Positions 57,815 to 64,000 of a stretch of DNA of 64,000 nucleotides are shown here, one piece after another. The stretch lies in the NCBI GenBank assembly GCA_040357565.1, contig JBDODJ010000044.1; one strand, written 5' to 3'. Positions within the stretch are counted from its first letter, which is position 1. Each line of letters starts with the position of its first letter. The notes under the pieces were generated by a model that searched no databases, was not told where the DNA came from, and saw only the letters and a list, made by a program, of their open reading frames with translations. The DNA is from Cercozoa sp. M6MM (Eukaryota; Protista; Endomyxa: Ascetosporea). The position numbers and the translations under genes were made by a program.

Positions 57815-58628
57815 ATGGGTGAACTTGAGGTCGTCTCGGCATTCTCACAATTTTTTGTGATTTCTCCTCGTGGTGACACGCTCGTGAGTCGAGACTGTGA
57901 GTTTCTCCTTCGTTGTCAGCCCGGCATATTTTTTGTGTACTGATGTGCACGGTCATTTATGTAGTCCGTGGTGACCTGCCGCGGTCGACGGCGGCAGCGT
58001 TCTACAGACGACTGACCGAGTCCAACGTACCCCCCCCCCCTCCTTTAAATTCTGTGAGTGGGCAGTGTTGCACGATGTGTCCCCAGTACACACTCGAGCC
58101 GGTCAGCAACGCCGATGGCGTATCGTTCTTCCACGTGCGGCGGCAGAAGTTGACGTTCCTGCTGACTGCGCGTGGCAACACGAGTGCTGTTTTCGCCATG
58201 GAGGTGCGTCTGGCTTTTGAACACTTTGACGCAGTGATCCAACATGGGACTGTGTGTAGGTGCTCGCGCGCCTTGTGGCAGTGTTTAAAGACTACTGCGG
58301 CGTCGTGTCCGAGCCGGCCGTGGCCCAGAATTTCCTGCTGCTGTACGAGCTGCTGGACGAGATGCTTGATGCTGGCTACGCTCAGGTAGCAACGACGATA
58401 CACCCGACTGACAGAGCTCGGGCTAAAATATTCTGTGTCTGACTGATACACGCAGGAATTGCGAACGGCACCGCTGAAGCGCCTGGTGTACAACGAACCT
58501 GCGCCGCTGGAAGCTGGTACTTTCTGCTGTCTTGGTGGTGACTGTGTGTGCGCGCGTGTGTGTGTGTGTGTGCGTGCGTGTGTGTGTGTGTGTGTGTGTG
58601 TGNNNNNNNNNNGTGTGTGTGTGTGTGC

Positions 58629-58676
<48 letters not shown>

Positions 58677-60568
58677 CGTTGCATCTGCTTGTGACGTTGT
58701 AGCCGGCAAGAGCGGCAAAACCGTTGCGTCGCGTCTGCGTGCCGCTGGCAACAGTGGCAAGACTCTCTCGGCCTCGGTGCCTCCACTCCCTTTGGCTGCT
58801 TCACTCCTTCCCCTCTTTTATTGCCAGCTCACAGGCAGCGAATGCGAGCGTGCTGCGTGCCGGCAAACGACAGAACGAAATCATTGTCGACGTGCTGGAG
58901 CGATTGACGGTCACCTTTTCTGCCAGCGGCGCCGTGCAGGTACCTCTGTCTTTCTATGCTCGTGAGTGGCTGCTTACCCCCTCGCCCCCTTGACACAGCG
59001 GCGCATGGTGAACGGCGAGGTGCTGATGAAGAGCTTCCTTGTTGGGCAGCCTGACGTGCGTCTGCAGCTGAGTGTACTCTCCTTCCCCGTATGAGTGCAC
59101 GTGTGGGAGATTTAAGGGTGTACACAGGAGACTCTGCGAGTGGCCCCGTCAAACGGCCAGGCGCCGAACCAATCGCTCGCGTCTGCGCCGCGTGTCGACA
59201 CGATCAAGTTCCACGAGTGCGTCAATGTACACTTGTCTCAGTGCGCTGACATGGTCGGCAGGCGTGTCAGTATCCTCGTACTTGTCTGTGCTGTAGGCCT
59301 CTGAATTTGAACGCACGCGCGCCGTGGTGCTGCGGCCGCCTGATGGCGAGTTCGCGGCCATTCAGTACTCGGTGGTATGTGTTGTCTGTATTTCTATGCC
59401 ATGTTGATCTACACATTCGAATGACAGGCGGATGCCGACTTCCGTTGTCCGTTCCGCGTGTTTTCGTCCTTCGAACTAGACTCTGGCAACTCGTACCTTT
59501 GCTGTCTCTCCTTGTGTGTGTAACTGTCTGTCTGTGGAAGTGTCTGTGTTTGTAAGGGTCTGTGTGTAAGTGCCTGTGTGTGTGTGTCGGATAGAATGGC
59601 CAGCAAGGCAACGCTTGTGGTGCGTGTGCGGGCCGACATCCCGCGTGGCAACCACGCGACTAACGTGCAGCTTTTGCTGCCGCTGCCGTCTGCGACTGTG
59701 CTTTCTCTCTCCCTCTCTCTCCCTCCTCCACCACCCTCTGATTTCTGCGTTGTCAGGTTTCCGCCGTGTGCTCGACGGACAGCAGTACTTTTCCTTTACC
59801 AGGCATTTTGCTATTGTGGCTGCCCCTCATACCAAACGTGTGTTTACAGTTGTTCGACCTCAGCAGAGCTGCATCGCAGCCGGAGCTGACCAGGGTGCTC
59901 ATTCCCTGGCTACTATCTACTTTGTACCTGCACCGTGTATTTTTTTGGATCAGCTGCCTCGTACGACAGCATTAAGCGACGTGCGGTACCTTTGAACATA
60001 TCTGACATTCGGTACCAGTCTGTTGTGTGTATGGAATGCACTTGTGCAGGTGTGGCACATTAAAAAGTTCGGGGGAGGTGAGGAGCACTCGCTGCGCATC
60101 TCGCTCACCTTCGCGCAGCCGCAGGTAACGTCGGACCTACTTATGTACACGCGTATGATGACACCAGAGTGAGTGCCTGTGTGGACGCAGCCGGCAGTCG
60201 TGCGAAGACAGTGTGGACCACTCTCGGTGAACTTCGAGATTCCGATGTTCTCCGTCACTGGCGTGCAGGTAGGCCTGGCCTCTGTGCCCTGTCGTGCCTG
60301 TTGTGCTAGTTGTGCTCTGGTCTCTTTATATGGGTGCAACTGTAGGTGCGAGGTCTCAGATTGGCGCACACGACGAGCAAGAAAGCGCCCAACCGCTGGG
60401 TATTGCACTCTCGTCTGCCTACCACTTTCCCTTGTGCCTTTGGGATGCATGACTTTTCGCGCTTTTTTAGGTGCGCTACATCACGCGATCCGACTCATAC
60501 ACATGGTACTGCTTTCTCGTTTTTAGCCTCATGTCTGAAACGTTGGGTACGTGCGCAGTCGCCTGTAA
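57815..60568 (+). CDS. AP4M1: AP-4 complex subunit mu
   Basis: FSQFFVISPRGDTLVSRD|FRGD, VFKDYCG, NFLLLYELLDEMLDAGY, NEIIVDVLERL, MKSFL, KFHECV, PPDGEF, WHIKKF, NFEIPMFSVTG, WVRYITRSDSY. Confidence 0.92.
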
Positions 60569-60748
60569 TGGGACCGCGGACGGTATTCGGACAAGTTTAC
60601 CCGACCCACGAGCTAGCTCCGTCACGATCGTCGTGTCGCGTTAACTTTAGTGAAGTGCGTGATTCTGAATTTTAGTTTGCGTTATTTTTTCCCATTAGCA
60701 TTTATCGGTGCGGTAGTTTCCGAATCGGGTCAGTTGAGTCGCGTCTAC

Positions 60749-60943
60749 CACGGTCATGCGCTTGTGACCCCCATTCCAGTACTGGTAGTTAGTCAGTTGA
60801 GTCTTGTAGGAAACCAACAAAGTAGTTCCTCTGCACCAGTCTGGGGTGGGTCACAAGAGCATGGTCGTGTCTCGTCTGCCGCCCGCTTAGGGTAGGACCA
60901 TACATTCCAGTACTGGGTTTCTTAGTAGACTGAACTAACTGAC
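60749..60943 (+). mobile_element. Older, diverged family A 3' end (sense orientation) hosting the insertion at 60786-60902
   Basis: With the insert removed it reads CACGGTCATGCGCTTGTGACCC..CCAGTACTGGGTTTCTTAGTAGACTGAACTAACTGAC, colinear with the family A end. Confidence 0.65.
60786..60902 (-). mobile_element. 117-bp 5'-truncated family A retroposon with 14-bp TSD
   Basis: CATTCCAGTACTGG at 60772-60785 and 60903-60916; about 90% identical to 14474-14580; tail GACTCAACTGACTAACTA. Confidence 0.88.
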
Positions 60944-61030
60944 AAATTATAACCGAGCGAACGTAAAGCTTCGGTGCGCTGAAGCGCGGCGCTAGCCCCG
61001 CGGCCATCGATGCTATCCGATCAGAGGCAA

Positions 61031-64000
61031 TCAAACCTCGTCAAGCAGGTCAAGCAGCTTGTCGGAGTCGAGGTCCTCGCAGAGAACGGGCACGTCGGTA
61101 TCGCCGGCACTGGCAGGTCTCTTGTGTTGGGCAGACGGTTTCGGCAGTGCTTGGAGTTCAGGTTCGGGGACACCAAGGTCCTCGTCCTCACTGAGTTCCT
61201 CCAGCGACTGCATTCTTAGAACTTGCGTTCCTCTGAACACAGACAAAGTGCCAACGTTTCAACAACACAACACATGGAGCATAACGGTACGGCGCGACAG
61301 GGAGTGCGTCGAACACCTCGCCTGCGAGAGCACTGCCGACGTCGGATCTTGGCGAGGCAGGCGCAAGGGCAGTGGGAGACATCTGCGCCGTCTTAAGCGG
61401 TCCAACGGCAGTCACATCGACCGTAGCAGCGCGACGTCGCACCGGTAGCTCCATCTCGTGCTCGTGCATCGCGGCCACTCGAGGAACCGCGTCGGCGCCC
61501 TTGGTGCGCGAGTCAGTGTCCGCCTTGACGCTTGAAGGACTGGTGTTCGCGAACAAGAAGTCACTCACTCGCACGCGAGGCTTGTTGCTCTACAAGCAGG
61601 GGATACAGGCAGGGTATACAGGCAGGACTCGAGTTAATGGAGGGAAACTACCGCTTCGCGGTGCAGACTGTGGCGTCGTGCAGTTCGACTGGCCGTGCGT
61701 TTCGGTTGCGGCGTGCGCGACTGAAGGCGCAAGGCCTCGCGCAGTGGCATCTCCGACTCGGAGGAGGTGTCGGTCTCTGTCTCTGCCTCGGCTTGCTCGG
61801 CGAGTTGCTGCGGCTGTTGCTGCAGGCGCTGCAACAGACGCTGCGTTTCCTCATCGGCGCCCACGGTCTGCGCCAGCAGCACGGCAAAGCCACGCTCGGT
61901 ATTGGCGCGCAGCAGCAGCGTGTGCGCGTCCAGCGACGGATTCCGCAAGATTGACGGTGCAAACACGATCTGCGAGAGGGCAAGGATCAAGGGAGACGGG
62001 GGGGGGTAGGAGATAGGAGTAGTGAGAGAACGCACGGCCAGGTTGTCCAGCGACATACGCGAGTGCTCCTCCTCGGCAGCACTCTCTAACATGAGCGACG
62101 CCACCACCCGCAAGGCTGCAACAACGCACGGCAATAACAGTGTGTGTGGGGGGAGGTAAGAAGAGGGGAAGGGAAGGGAGGGAAACTACCTCGCTGATTT
62201 AGTGCGGGCACCTTGTTCAGCACAGTGAGCACGCGCTGTCGCGCCGCATCGCGCGGAGCCTCGTCCTTGCCGCGCTGCGCGACTCGCCAGGCATCGAATG
62301 CGCCGATGCACTCGTCGTAGAACTCCTGCGGAATCAACGGTTCCTTCAACGAGCGCAGCCACTCCTTCAGCATCGCCGCCGGCGTGATCGGATCGTTTGC
62401 CGCGCGCACCAGTGACTCGGCGGCTGGCACATGTCACCGGGTCCCAAGCAAGACAGGTCAAGGATGAAAAACACACACAGTCTCCTACCCTCCAAGTCGC
62501 CACGAGCCAGTGCGGTACGAAGCGACTGCAGCTCACTCGGACGAGCCGACAGACGGAAGATGCCGTCGGTACGCAGACCGTGCCCTGCGGGTGAGAGTTG
62601 GCCCATCGGGCATGTACTCAGGTCCGGAGACAGGTATTGGTACGATCAGGGAGTAGTACCCGTAGAGCGCACAAGTTCCGGCAGCAGTGTGAGCACACGC
62701 GGCACCAACAAACCGTCCTGCATCGCCTCTTCCAACTGTGAGTCAGGGCACATGAGACCGACACAGGTGTCACATATGCAGCTACCGTATGTGCAGACAT
62801 CTGCTCGGCCTGTCGCCATGGCTTCAGGTTGAACGAGAACTCTTCAAACTTGGATGCCTCGTCTGCACACGCGCATACCAGTCACGTTCAGAGCAGCACG
62901 TGTGGTAGTCTCAGAGGAGAAACCTGGTACCAACTGCAGTCAAGGCAAGTGGCACTCGGTTTCGCTCCGTCTTGCGCAAGGCATCGGCCAGCGATTGGAG
63001 GTCACGCGCGGCTTCGACGTCCTCGCAATCGCCTTCAAAGCGCTCGTACTCAGAGCTGTGCACAAAGGAGGTGCCAGGTCAAGGAGGTGTCACGATGTTC
63101 AGACACGGGGGGGGGGGGGTTACCCGTCGCCGCCAAGGTCAACGAGTAGTTGCCGGAACGACTGTGCCACGCACTTCTGGAGCACTCGTTTCGTCGTGAG
63201 AATGCGCATGCTTTCGTCCGAACATTGTTGCGCCACCTGATGTAGGGAATAACACGATAGATTGAAGCAGGATTGTCGAGGTGAGTGGCGTCAAATGAAG
63301 ATTCATCTACCACACTGCTGATAGCGATTCGTGCTGCGCGTGATCGTTCGTTTGCTTGTTCAACAGTCTTCATGTACTGCGTACACAGAAAAATATAGAT
63401 GCATGGCAGCATTGGCAACAAACAAGACCAGTCTGACTTACCTTCTCTTCGGCAGCTTCGGCAGCCGCAATGAGTTTTTTTGCGTTCTGTTTCGTGTTCT
63501 GCATCAAGCAGAATAAAATTGGAAGAAACACCAAGGACAGCAACCCGAGTGCTTAGTGCTGTGATACCTTTGTTGCCTTGTTCTTTCGTCTCCAGAAGCC
63601 CTTGTCTTCGGTAGCATCCTCCTCCTGCGACTGCGACTGAGCCAGCACGGCATCGACGGCTGCTGCACTCTCTCGGTGCACCCTACGACAGCACTGCGTT
63701 CGGCAAACCAACAGAAAACAAGAGTAGTGGCTACGTTTGCACATCTGTGGCTGCCTGAGAGATCTGGAGCGCCGCTTTTTGCGCCACACGCTTGTACTTC
63801 TGACGGCTACATAGACACAGAGGCATACGGCAGGGTGTATCAGGGAGGGAGAATGACAACAACACACTTGTCAGCAAGCTGTCGTTCCAACACAAGGAGA
63901 GCACTGGCACCGCCTTCTCGCAGTGCGTCGGCGAACTGCTGGTAGCCCTGTGCGGCATCGCTCAGCCAGTCCAGCATGCTCGTAATCGCCACGGCCGACG
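61031..64000 (-). CDS. RhoGAP with N-terminal coiled-coil (possibly F-BAR-like) region; 5' end beyond the window
   Basis: GLRTDGIFRLSA (Arg finger), AAMLKEWLRSLKEPLIP, RMSLDNLA|IVFAPSILR; upstream exons are helical. Confidence 0.88.

Overview
Gene-dense, very intron-rich eukaryotic (protist) scaffold in the standard genetic code. Introns are short GT-AG (mostly about 40-90 nt) and many carry (TG)n microsatellites; there are several N-gaps. A Rab1A-type GTPase (GVDFRFRT) points to the SAR supergroup. Hand-spliced genes in order: LIG4(+), ACOT9-like(-), VIT1/CCC1(-), Der/EngA GTPase(-), a GPI-anchored protein with two 8-Cys repeats(+), a giant surface protein (PA14-like, FN3, IPT and Cys-repeat motifs) apparently split by a mis-oriented contig, a Myb/SANT-like protein(+), cytochrome b561(-), Rab1A(-), TFIIF-beta(-), eIF5(+), an unknown membrane protein(+), ASF1-like(-), CFIm25/NUDT21(+), Eco1(-), Sec14-GOLD(-), AP-4 mu(+) and a coiled-coil RhoGAP(-). 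The most striking unexplained structure is a set of short non-LTR retroposon 3' ends with AACT/GACT tails, structured UTRs and, in two cases, exact 13-14 bp target-site duplications. They sit just downstream of stop codons and insert into one another. Also notable: an atypical GTAY splice-donor profile, sense-strand-biased (UG)n introns, and large insertions in EngA and LIG4. All exon structures and family calls are from manual reading; no database search was run, and CDS coordinates are gene spans including introns.
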